Of a stretch of DNA of 64,000 nt, positions 25,315 through 33,664 are shown piece by piece. Made by a program: the position numbers and the translations under genes. Each line of letters begins with the position of its first letter. The first letter of the stretch is position 1. The stretch comes from Syntrophaceae bacterium (GTDB lineage Bacteria; Desulfobacterota; Syntrophia; Syntrophales; PHBD01): NCBI GenBank assembly GCA_013177825.1, contig JABLXX010000005.1, positions 359,734 to 423,733 of the forward strand, given 5' to 3'. The notes beneath the pieces are model-generated. The model saw nothing but the letters and a program-made list of their open reading frames with translations, was not told the origin of the DNA and searched no databases.

Positions 25315-27231
25315 TCACCCGATCTGCATGCTGATGATGAAATGGAGGACCCGCCCTTTCCGGAAAGGCTCCAGATCCTGTTTCTTGACGGTTACGCTCT
25401 TGAAAAGTGGAGAGTTTTCAAGGGCCACGCGATAGCGGAACAACTGGGATTCAAACGTCGCGGCATCACCGAAGATCAATCCCTCAAGCAGCATTTCTTT
25501 TGCCGCGGTTCCTGCTGCAGCCGGCGCACCAGCCTGTGGAGGTGGTGGGGTGGCCGGAGCCGCCCCCTGAGCTTGTGGCGTGGAGGCAGTTTTGGCGGCG
25601 ACAGGATAATCCAATCCTGATTTAACGGAAAGGAGTCTGATATCCGGTGGAGTCAAGGCCGTGAGTTCCCCGATGATGGCCATGCCGAGGTATCGCACCG
25701 AATAATCATGGAGGACGTCGCGGCGTTGCTTCATGGAAGCGAGAAGATCCGAAACCATCGACTGCGTCACCTGTGGGGAAAACTGGGCAAGTTTTGCCTC
25801 AAGCTTGCCTATGGCATCCTTCTTCTGGCTCATCTGCAGGAACTGATAGCCGAAGATGAGAGCGCATACGGCAAGGCCGGCTATGAAACCACCGAAGATG
25901 AAACGGTTGATCTTTTGTATCTGTTCCGCTTCTTCTTTTTGCTGATAGGTAAAAATGACGTTGGGCGTATGAGCGTTGTCGGAAAGTGCGACGCCGAGGG
26001 CCGGCATGAAGGCGATTCGTTCGGAAGGAGTGAGGTTCAGATTCGACGGTATGTCGGCGAATTTCGGATCCAGGGGATCGAAAATATCCCGCTCGATGGC
26101 CAACTGCTCGCCGACATAGTCCAGCATCGGCCGATAGACATTCATGACGCTGGATACAAAGATTTGCTCGACCCTGTCATTGCTGACATTCGTCATGAAA
26201 TACTCAAAAGTCCGTTCCACCTGGCGGGCCAGTCTCTCCAGCGCCGGTTCGAGCATCTTGAATACATCCTGCTCGGTCAATCCCGAGCGTTCCCGTTCTT
26301 CTTTCGTCGGCGACTCGGGGCTCAATCCGAATACAATCTGGCGGGCTTCTTCGAAGGTCATGACCCGGCGGCCCGAAGGTGCATCCGGATCCGGGCGGCG
26401 CTCGTCATTGTATGTCTCCATGAGCGCCTCAACCATGCTCCGGACACCTGTCTTGATGCCCCGGGACATGACGAGGTTTCCCTTGGAATAAACGTCGATA
26501 CGGGAGAATTCGTTGCCGATGAAAAGGCTGGCTACCGTTTCTTTGGCAGCGGCCATCCATCCTGTCCGGAAGATATTCTGCACGGCAAACGGCGTAATGA
26601 CCATTCCGTCGAGAGGAATCCCCGCCTGGGCAAACTGCCGCCGCGTTTCGTCCACCACTTTCTTCGGCGCTGTATAGGCCATCACGGACAGTTTTGGTAT
26701 GCCCTGATCGATAACCTCTCCCTGGACCTCGAAATCAAAAATGTTCTCTTTCTCGTCGAAGGAGTATTCCTTGCGCATTCCCCAGTAGACGGCGTTTGCG
26801 ATCTGCTTTTTGGCGACTTTGGGGATTCGGATGTGGCGGACTTCAACCTCGGCGGCGGACATGATCATCCATAGCCCGCAGTTATCCTTGGCAGAGCAAC
26901 CAAACTTCGCTAGTTCATCCCGCAGGAAAGTGATCAATTCCGGGGTGCCTTTCGTCACACCGACAGGGTAAGGCAACTTCCGGGCATCGAGGAGCTTCCA
27001 TTTTCCGTCGGTGGTTCTTACTGTCTTGACGAGCCTGATAAATTCATGGCCGGCGTCAATGCCGACGTTCATGGTGCGGGATCCCGACTTTTTGGGGGAG
27101 AAGGCCACGACGTTCTTCTTCGGCACCTGAACTTTTGGGGGAGCCGGGGATGGCGATGGCGCCTCGTCTTTCTTGTCCCTGATAACGTCGAGGAGTTTTT
27201 CCGTGGAGGTGATATCGTTGTTCCGGGCCAA
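25315..27231 (-). CDS. PilM-PilN fusion (MshI-like): actin-like ATPase domain + TM + periplasmic PilN-like domain
   Basis: MNVGIDAGHEFIRLVK starts a PilM/FtsA-like fold. A TM segment (FIFGGFIAGLAVCALIFGYQFL) lies around residue 440. A Pro/Ala-rich linker and a C-terminal PilN-like domain follow. Confidence 0.7.
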   Translation of the reverse strand: MARNNDITSTEKLLDVIRDKKDEAPSPSPAPPKVQVPKKNVVAFSPKKSGSRTMNVGIDAGHEFIRLVKTVRTTDGKWKLLDARKLPYPVGVTKGTPELITFLRDELAKFGCSAKDNCGLWMIMSAAEVEVRHIRIPKVAKKQIANAVYWGMRKEYSFDEKENIFDFEVQGEVIDQGIPKLSVMAYTAPKKVVDETRRQFAQAGIPLDGMVITPFAVQNIFRTGWMAAAKETVASLFIGNEFSRIDVYSKGNLVMSRGIKTGVRSMVEALMETYNDERRPDPDAPSGRRVMTFEEARQIVFGLSPESPTKEERERSGLTEQDVFKMLEPALERLARQVERTFEYFMTNVSNDRVEQIFVSSVMNVYRPMLDYVGEQLAIERDIFDPLDPKFADIPSNLNLTPSERIAFMPALGVALSDNAHTPNVIFTYQQKEEAEQIQKINRFIFGGFIAGLAVCALIFGYQFLQMSQKKDAIGKLEAKLAQFSPQVTQSMVSDLLASMKQRRDVLHDYSVRYLGMAIIGELTALTPPDIRLLSVKSGLDYPVAAKTASTPQAQGAAPATPPPPQAGAPAAAGTAAKEMLLEGLIFGDAATFESQLFRYRVALENSPLFKSVTVKKQDLEPFRKGRVLHFIISMQIG

Positions 27232-27297
27232 GGGATGCCCTCCTGAATCCGGGCGCCATACCGCCCTTATTTTGGATGGTTTATCGAAGGCTCCCTG

Positions 27298-27534
27298 TCA
27301 GGAAAGGGGGCCAAATCGTGCAATCCTGTCTTTACGGTACCCCTCGAGGAACTTTCTGGCATCACGCAGATACTCCCGGGGATAATGCCTCAAGACGCGA
27401 ACTCCGTACTGAATCTCCGGAGGTGGAGGAATGATCCCCTTTCGGATGTAATCTCCGACCGTTTTGGCTGATACACCCAGGGCTTCCGCCGCATCCACCA
27501 CCGTGTTAAAGGCTTGGCCATTGATTATGACCAT
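27298..27534 (-). CDS. Small helix-turn-helix DNA-binding protein (excisionase/MerR-like HTH_17 type)
   Basis: 78 aa. AAEALGVSAKTVGDYIRKGIIPPP is a typical HTH_17 segment. It lies directly upstream of, and co-oriented with, the pilM-N operon. Confidence 0.5.
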   Translation of the reverse strand: MVIINGQAFNTVVDAAEALGVSAKTVGDYIRKGIIPPPPEIQYGVRVLRHYPREYLRDARKFLEGYRKDRIARFGPLS

Positions 27535-27913
27535 ATAGAAGTGCCGATCCCCCCGATAAATAACTATCCCACGGTTCGTATCTACCGGACCTTCCGAACC
27601 GTGTCAATGCGAATCTCACAAAAAGGTTTGTAATGATCGGGAATATCGCAAAAGATGACTATTGTCTGCTTAAGTAGAGGTTTTTATAGGTTCTGTCAAG
27701 TATTATTCTTTTGACAGATTCCCCATAGGCGAAACAAAGTTTTTGTTAGCCGATTGAGCCGCGCTGAACATTACCTGAATGATTCAAATTGGTTCGGATG
27801 TTTGAGCAGGAATTTCCAAGGAACCGCTTTTCCTTTACAGCGGGAAAAAGTATAAGGATCTCGAAGAACCGGAAAAAGATTTCAAAACGAACCGAAAGGA
27901 GAGGCCGCCCTCG

Positions 27914-28630
27914 ATGGAACAAATCCTGTCCGAATGGCTGTCGGCCTCCCTGCACGGCTCCTTCCTGGTGCCGCTCCTCGCCGCTTACTTAGGCGGAGTC
28001 TTGGTCAGCTTCACTCCCTGCGTCTATCCCGTCATCCCGATCACGGTAGCTTACATTGGAAACCAGGGAGCCGGATCGCGACGCCGGGCCCTGCTCCTGT
28101 CCATTGTCTATGTCACGGGCATGTCCTTGACATACAGCGGGTTTGGCGCTATGGCGGCCCTGTCGGGCAGTCTGTTCGGCAGGATGCAGTCCAATCCGTG
28201 GGTTTCCTTTGCCGTCGGCAATCTCTGTCTGCTGATGGGGCTGTCCATGCTGGATGTATTCTCCCTGTCCTTCCCGGTGCCCCAATGGGTCGGAAATCTG
28301 CAGACCGGCGGACGGATCCGGGGCATGGCCGGCGGCCTCCTAATGGGCGTGACGGCCGGTTTCATAGTCGGCCCCTGCACGGCGCCGATTCTGGCCGTCC
28401 TGCTCGGTTACGTCGCAGCGCAGCAGAATGTCCCCTTCGGCATGGCCCTGCTTTTTGTTTTTTCCTTCGGCATGGGCACGCTGCTGATTCTGTTGGGGAC
28501 GTTCTCGGCCCTGCTGGCGGGCCTGCCGAAGTCGGGCCTGTGGATGGAACGGATCCGCAGACTCCTCGGCTGGATCCTCGTCGGGAGCGGGGAGTATTTC
28601 CTGATTCAGGCCGGCATGTTCTGGGGGTGA
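27914..28630 (+). CDS. ccdA: Cytochrome c biogenesis / thiol-disulfide transporter CcdA (DsbD transmembrane domain family)
   Basis: Contains the FTPCVYPVIPI motif and a second conserved GPCTAPIL motif, with 6 TM segments. AAAGGAGAGG Shine-Dalgarno lies upstream. Confidence 0.85.
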   Translation: MEQILSEWLSASLHGSFLVPLLAAYLGGVLVSFTPCVYPVIPITVAYIGNQGAGSRRRALLLSIVYVTGMSLTYSGFGAMAALSGSLFGRMQSNPWVSFAVGNLCLLMGLSMLDVFSLSFPVPQWVGNLQTGGRIRGMAGGLLMGVTAGFIVGPCTAPILAVLLGYVAAQQNVPFGMALLFVFSFGMGTLLILLGTFSALLAGLPKSGLWMERIRRLLGWILVGSGEYFLIQAGMFWG

Positions 28631-28640
28631 CAAGAATCGT

Positions 28641-29168
28641 ATGAGAGCGCTTCATAAATATAAAAAAAAGTTGCAGAACCCTTTTCTTCTGTTCCTGATG
28701 GCGGGCATTTTCCTCCTTGCCTCCTGCGACGCCCCGCCTCCGCCGGTCCGGACCGGCCCAGGGCCCGCGGAGGGACAAGCCCCGGATTTCACGCTCCAGG
28801 ATGTCAACGGACAGAAATTCAGTCTCCGCGACCAGCAGGGGAAAACGACCCTGATCGTCTTTTCCACGACCTGGTGCTCCAGTTGCCGGTCTGAAATCCC
28901 TTACTATAAAGAGCTTTACGCCCGATTCCAGCCTAAGGGACTGGTCATGGTCAACATCGACATTCTCGAGTCGAAGAGCAAGGTGTCCCGCTTCGTCTCC
29001 CAGTACCAGCTCCCCTACAGGACTCTGCTGGATGAAACAGGACAGGTGGCGGAGTCGTTCGGCGTCCGGGGCGTTCCTTCCCTCGCCGTCATCAGGCCGG
29101 ACGGGGGACTCGCCTGCATGCCCTGCAGGAACCCCGAGGAGACCCTGGCCTCCCTGGTGGGGAAATGA
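28641..29168 (+). CDS. Thioredoxin-fold thiol:disulfide oxidoreductase (TlpA/ResA-like lipoprotein)
   Basis: A lipobox (LLASC) is present. The WCSSC active site sits in an AhpC/TSA-like context (LIVFSTTWCSSCRSEIP). Confidence 0.8.
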   Translation: MRALHKYKKKLQNPFLLFLMAGIFLLASCDAPPPPVRTGPGPAEGQAPDFTLQDVNGQKFSLRDQQGKTTLIVFSTTWCSSCRSEIPYYKELYARFQPKGLVMVNIDILESKSKVSRFVSQYQLPYRTLLDETGQVAESFGVRGVPSLAVIRPDGGLACMPCRNPEETLASLVGK

Positions 29169-29182
29169 GAGGAGGACTGCCA

Positions 29183-30145
29183 ATGACGAAACCCACCATC
29201 CTGTTCATGGGCACCCCCGAATTCGCCACCCCTTCCCTGAAGGCGCTGATCCGGGCCGGATACCCCGTCGTCGGAGTCGTGACGCAACCCGACCGACCCA
29301 AGGGGAGGGGCAAACACCTCGCCCCGCCGGCGGCAAAAGTGAAGGCGGAAGAACTCGGCATCGAAGTCTTCCAGCCCGAGCGGGTCCGGGACGGATCCTT
29401 CCTCGACACGCTCCGCCGCCTCCGCCCGGACCTGGTGGCCGTGGCGGCCTTCGGCCAGATCCTGCCCAAGGCCGTCCTGGAAGCCCCCCCTCTGGGCTGC
29501 CTTAACGTTCACCCCTCGCTGCTCCCGAAATATCGCGGCGCGGCGCCGATCAACTGGACCCTCATCCGGGGCGAGCGTGTCACCGGCGTCACCATCATGT
29601 TCATGGACGAGGGGATGGACACCGGCGACATCCTCCTCCAGGAAGAGACCCCCATCGGAGCGGAGGAGAATGCCGGGGAGCTCCACGACCGCCTGGCCGT
29701 CAGCGGTGCCGGCCTGCTCGTCCGGACGATTGATGGCCTACTGGCCGGAACGGTCCGCCGACGCCCCCAGGAATCGAACCTCGCAACGCTCGCACCGCGT
29801 CTGACCAAAGAACACGGCCTGATTCGCTGGGAGCAGCCAGCTGCGGAGATCGTCAACCTGGTCCGCGGCCTAGCCCCCGCACCCTGCGCCTATACGTGGC
29901 TGGACGGGAAGCAGGTGAAGGTTTTCTCCGCCTCCGCGCAAGAACAGCCCGCCACCGAACCGCCCGGGAAAATTCGAGCCCTCGTGGACGCCGGGCTCGC
30001 GGTTTCCGCCGGTGACGGTGTCGTCCTCCTCAAGGACATCCAGATGGAGAGCAAGAAACGCATGCCCGTCCGGGAGTTCTTCCGGGGGTACCGCCCCCGA
30101 AGCAGCTTCCTGACGGACTCCCCAACGGCACGGACCGCAGAATGA
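29183..30145 (+). CDS. fmt: Methionyl-tRNA formyltransferase
   Basis: Contains ILFMGTPEFA, VVTQPDRPKGRG and HPSLLPKYRGAAPI motifs. The start at 29183 has AGGAGG upstream. Confidence 0.9.
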   Translation: MTKPTILFMGTPEFATPSLKALIRAGYPVVGVVTQPDRPKGRGKHLAPPAAKVKAEELGIEVFQPERVRDGSFLDTLRRLRPDLVAVAAFGQILPKAVLEAPPLGCLNVHPSLLPKYRGAAPINWTLIRGERVTGVTIMFMDEGMDTGDILLQEETPIGAEENAGELHDRLAVSGAGLLVRTIDGLLAGTVRRRPQESNLATLAPRLTKEHGLIRWEQPAAEIVNLVRGLAPAPCAYTWLDGKQVKVFSASAQEQPATEPPGKIRALVDAGLAVSAGDGVVLLKDIQMESKKRMPVREFFRGYRPRSSFLTDSPTARTAE

Positions 30146-31491
30146 ATGCCTCCCCGCGCCGGGCTGCCGTCGAGATTCTCAACCGCGTTGACACCACCGG
30201 CGCCTTCGCGGAGCCGCTCCTCGACGAGGTCCTCTCCGGCCGCTTATTCACCGAACCGGCCGACCGTGCTCTCCTGACTCAGATCGTCTATGGGACTCTG
30301 CGGATGCGGGGCTACCTGGACTGGGTGATCCGGTCGCTCTGCGAGAAGCGGTCACCCGCCGTCTCCACAACGGCCAGAAACATCCTGCGAACAGCCCTTT
30401 ATCAGATCCACTTCACGGACCGGATTCCCGACTATGCGGCCGTGAACGAAGCCGTCGGCATCGCGAAAAAACTGGATCCCCGCACGGTACCCTTTGTCAA
30501 CGGCCTGCTCCGGAACGCCGTCCGCCGCAAAGACGAAGTCCCCCTGCCTTCGGGAACAAAAGACCCGGCACGCCGGGTCTCCATCGTCCATTCCCACCCG
30601 CTATGGCTCGTCAAGCAGTGGATCCGCAGCTACGGCCTCGAGGAAACCGTGGATCTCTGCAGAGCCGGCAACGAAATCCCGCCGCTCGCCGCCCGTGTGA
30701 ACGCGCTGAAAGCGAGCCGCAGGGAAGTACGCGAAGAGCTGGCCGCGGAAGGAATTGAAGCAGCGGATGCGCCATGGTCTCTCGACGGCATCATCCTTTC
30801 TCATACGGGCCGGTCAGCCCGTGAGCTTTCCTGCTGGAAGGCTGGACGGATCACGATTCAGGACGAGGCCTCCCAGTTGGTGGCCCGCCTGCTCTATGCG
30901 CGACCGGGCGACAGGATCCTCGACCTGTGCGCAGGTACAGGAGGAAAAGCAACCCACTTGGCTGAACGGACGGGTGACGGAGCGTCGATCGTAGCCATGG
31001 ATTCCAGCCCGGCAAAGCTCCGGGAACTGGAGAAGAACGCGGCCCGGCTGGGGATCCGCTCGATACGGACGCAGCCGGTGGACGCCACCGCTGAACTCGG
31101 GGAGCACTTCCACAATTCTTTCCAAAGCGTCCTGGTGGACGCGCCCTGCTCAGGCCTGGGCACGCTGCGCAGGAATCCCGAGATCAAGTGGCGTATCGGC
31201 GTATCGGATGTCCCCCCCCTGAGCGTCCTCCAGAGTAGGCTCATGGACCGGGGAGCCCGCTGTGTCTCGCCCGGCGGGACCCTGGTTTACAGCACCTGCA
31301 CGCTCCTCAAGCAGGAAAACGAAGACGTCGTCGCGGATTTCCTCCGCAGGCACGGGGATTTCCAACAGGTTCGGGAAATCCATGAAATCCCGAAGGAATT
31401 GCTGGACATGAATGGCTTTTTCCGCACACTCCCCCATCGCCACGGCACGGACGGCTTCTTCGCGGCGGTTCTCCGGAAAGCGACCCGTTGA
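30142..31491 (+). CDS. rsmB: 16S rRNA (cytosine967-C5)-methyltransferase RsmB
   Basis: An N-terminal NusB-like domain is present, together with DLCAGTGGK (SAM binding) and DAPCSGLGTLRRNPEIKW and YSTCT catalytic Cys motifs. ATGA overlap with fmt. Confidence 0.9.
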   Translation: MNASPRRAAVEILNRVDTTGAFAEPLLDEVLSGRLFTEPADRALLTQIVYGTLRMRGYLDWVIRSLCEKRSPAVSTTARNILRTALYQIHFTDRIPDYAAVNEAVGIAKKLDPRTVPFVNGLLRNAVRRKDEVPLPSGTKDPARRVSIVHSHPLWLVKQWIRSYGLEETVDLCRAGNEIPPLAARVNALKASRREVREELAAEGIEAADAPWSLDGIILSHTGRSARELSCWKAGRITIQDEASQLVARLLYARPGDRILDLCAGTGGKATHLAERTGDGASIVAMDSSPAKLRELEKNAARLGIRSIRTQPVDATAELGEHFHNSFQSVLVDAPCSGLGTLRRNPEIKWRIGVSDVPPLSVLQSRLMDRGARCVSPGGTLVYSTCTLLKQENEDVVADFLRRHGDFQQVREIHEIPKELLDMNGFFRTLPHRHGTDGFFAAVLRKATR

Positions 31492-31659
31492 GCACAACAA
31501 CCACCGCCCATAAGGCCTTCCCGGTGGCTGCAGCCGATCGATCAGAGCACCCAAGGCGGACCATCCCGTCCGGCGGCCAGCGGCGGCACCCCCTTGACAG
31601 ACAAGCCGAAAGTCCCGGGAAAAGGCCATACTGCAGAAGAAAACAATCCGAATTTCGCC

Positions 31660-31688
31660 TTGACAAGGGGTTGGTTTTTCACTAAAAG
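31660..31688 (+). promoter_or_regulatory. Sigma70-like promoter candidate for the tRNA pair
   Basis: TTGACA (31660-31665), a 17-nt spacer, then TAAAAG (31683-31688). The element lies about 23 nt upstream of tRNA-Gln. Confidence 0.35.
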
Positions 31689-31710
31689 GCTCTTTCCCCA
31701 GAAAACTTGC

Positions 31711-31784
31711 TGGGGGATCGTCTAGTGGTAGGACACAAGATTCTGGATCTTGCTACCGAGGTTCGAATCCTTGTCCCCCAGCCA
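31711..31784 (+). tRNA. tRNA-Gln (anticodon CUG), CCA encoded
   Basis: Folded by hand. The acceptor stem is TGGGGGA/TCCCCCA. The anticodon stem is CAAGA/TCTTG with loop TTCTGGA. The T-arm contains GGTTCGAATCC. Confidence 0.9.
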
Positions 31785-31787
31785 TAT

Positions 31788-31862
31788 GGTCCCATCGTCT
31801 AGTGGTTAGGACGCTGGCCTCTCACGCCGGAAGCCGGGGTTCAACTCCCCGTGGGACTACCA
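31788..31862 (+). tRNA. tRNA-Glu (anticodon CUC), CCA encoded
   Basis: Folded by hand. The acceptor stem is GGTCCCA/TGGGACT (G1-U72). The anticodon stem is CTGGC/GCCGG with loop CTCTCAC. The T-arm contains GGTTCAACTCC. Confidence 0.9.
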
Positions 31863-31872
31863 GTATAGAAAA

Positions 31873-31903
31873 GGGGTTACGGCACACGCCGTAACCCTTT
31901 TTT
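31873..31903 (+). terminator. Rho-independent terminator after the tRNA pair
   Basis: The stem is GGGGTTACGGC / GCCGTAACCC with an ACAC loop, followed by TTTTTT. Confidence 0.7.
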
Positions 31904-32024
31904 GGGGAGCATCAGCAAGATACCGATGTTTCGCTGGAGGTTTCGGGTCTACCCATAACTCTGAAAGCCGTTTTTTGCCGTCCGGAGATCAATCAGTGGA
32001 TTCAGGGGTATCTTCAGAAAAGGG

Positions 32025-33506
32025 TCAGGTTCTGTGCTGCAGGCAATATTCGCGGCGCAAAAACAACACACCATCTTTGCCATCATAAGCAAGGCACCAG
32101 TCGGGCTCAGCAGCAAGCAGAACACGGATTTTGGAGTCCGATCTCACCAGGATCATATCATGGGGATATTTCTCCAGAAAATCCCTCCAGTTATCCCGCG
32201 CAAAAATGAAGTTGAAATATTCAGTGGATACGGAATCTCGGTATACCGTTTCATAACGCCCGTCCATGCTGACCCTGTTATCGGGATACAATGTCCAGAT
32301 CAGGTACTCACCCCACTCAAACCAGGGCAGAATATTCCCTTTCAGGTTGTTCTTCTGAATCATTTCAACGGCCCCCACAGGGTAGTAGACTCGATAGATT
32401 CGGAGCTCCAGCGGGGACCCGACGATGAATTTGAATAATGAAGATCCAACAGTCCAGGACGTGATAACAATGATCAGCATCAGACCGATCATCCGAAAGC
32501 GTGAATAGCGCTTGATGATTTTCGGGTCACTTTTTAAAGCTTCCCAGAATTCCTTCATGATAACGGGGGAAAAAGCTGCAAACGCCAGTGCGAAGAAAAC
32601 CGTGTTGCGAATACTCAGCAAACCCATGATCAAAGTTGCTGAAAGAACTATTATCGTTGTCAAATCGCGCTTCGGATACCAGAAAACGAGGGGTACGGAC
32701 AGAAGAAAAACGATCGTGTATTGTACACCGTAACTCCTGTATTCATCAGAGAAAACAGTTGCGAAGACATTCTGCCACTCGCCGATTTCCGGACGCGGCA
32801 TCAGAACGGCACCAGCCATGTACCTCCAGTATTCGCAACCATACGGGTTGACAAGGGTTATCAGAGCAGCGGCGAGAAGAATCGCTGCATATGGATAATA
32901 TTTTCGACCGGAAACGGCTTCGCCCACGGTGTAAATGCCGATCATACTCAGACCAACCACAAACCCGCCATGAAGGTTACACCAGAGCAGTTCAACGGGT
33001 ACCAGCCACCATAAATATTTCCAATGCTTGCCTGCCCTGGCCTGATCAAGAAGATACAAGGTTAAAACAAAGAATAAATAGGTAAATACTTGCGCCCGAA
33101 CGGGCGAATAGCCGGCTTTGATCAAATTGCCGGCCACTATCAGGGCCAGAAACACGAAAAATGGAGTCGCTTTCCTCCTGACAGCGGTTACACAGACAAG
33201 ACCAACCGTCACCATCCCCAGCAGGTACTTCAAAAGCTGCAAACCCGCGGCGCCAAAATTCTTATAAATGGGGAAAAAGATAATGCCGGTCAGCCATTCA
33301 TGGTAAACCCAGAGGGGCTTTGTTGGAGTATATGAAAAGACATCCTGGTAGGGGAAAGCACCCGTTTCCCAGAACAGACGGCCGAATGCGAGATATCCCC
33401 ACAGATCCCAATCGATGGTGTTGTTACAAAAAATGCCAAGAAAAAAGGCGGCAATCCCTGAGTAAACGAGCAGCGAACGTACGTTGTAATTCGCTTTCGC
33501 AATCAT
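32025..33506 (-). CDS. Polytopic membrane protein, possible GT-C-type glycosyltransferase (function uncertain)
   Basis: 493 aa with at least 11 hydrophobic segments and a C-terminal soluble domain. The first loop reads DWDLWGYLAFGRLFWETGAFPYQDVFSYTP. GC content is lower than the flanks (line 32581-32640 hand count 28/60). Confidence 0.4.
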   Translation of the reverse strand: MIAKANYNVRSLLVYSGIAAFFLGIFCNNTIDWDLWGYLAFGRLFWETGAFPYQDVFSYTPTKPLWVYHEWLTGIIFFPIYKNFGAAGLQLLKYLLGMVTVGLVCVTAVRRKATPFFVFLALIVAGNLIKAGYSPVRAQVFTYLFFVLTLYLLDQARAGKHWKYLWWLVPVELLWCNLHGGFVVGLSMIGIYTVGEAVSGRKYYPYAAILLAAALITLVNPYGCEYWRYMAGAVLMPRPEIGEWQNVFATVFSDEYRSYGVQYTIVFLLSVPLVFWYPKRDLTTIIVLSATLIMGLLSIRNTVFFALAFAAFSPVIMKEFWEALKSDPKIIKRYSRFRMIGLMLIIVITSWTVGSSLFKFIVGSPLELRIYRVYYPVGAVEMIQKNNLKGNILPWFEWGEYLIWTLYPDNRVSMDGRYETVYRDSVSTEYFNFIFARDNWRDFLEKYPHDMILVRSDSKIRVLLAAEPDWCLAYDGKDGVLFLRREYCLQHRT

Positions 33507-33664
33507 GACTTTATTGAATTCGAAGACATGCTTTCAGAAAGATTCATATTGATATCGATCTTGTCATTCTCTCCGTCTTACGGGGAAACCGGATGCACAG
33601 CACACGCAAAAGGGGTCGGATTGATTTTTGCGGTCCAGAAGTAAATATGACTCCTTTTCTTTTC

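Noticed and set aside
31863-33664. Integrase, att-site repeat or other mobile-element hallmarks next to the tRNA pair
   Set aside because: No recombinase-like ORF is present, and no copy of the tRNA-Glu 3' end was found by eye at the distal border. Only a composition anomaly is reported.
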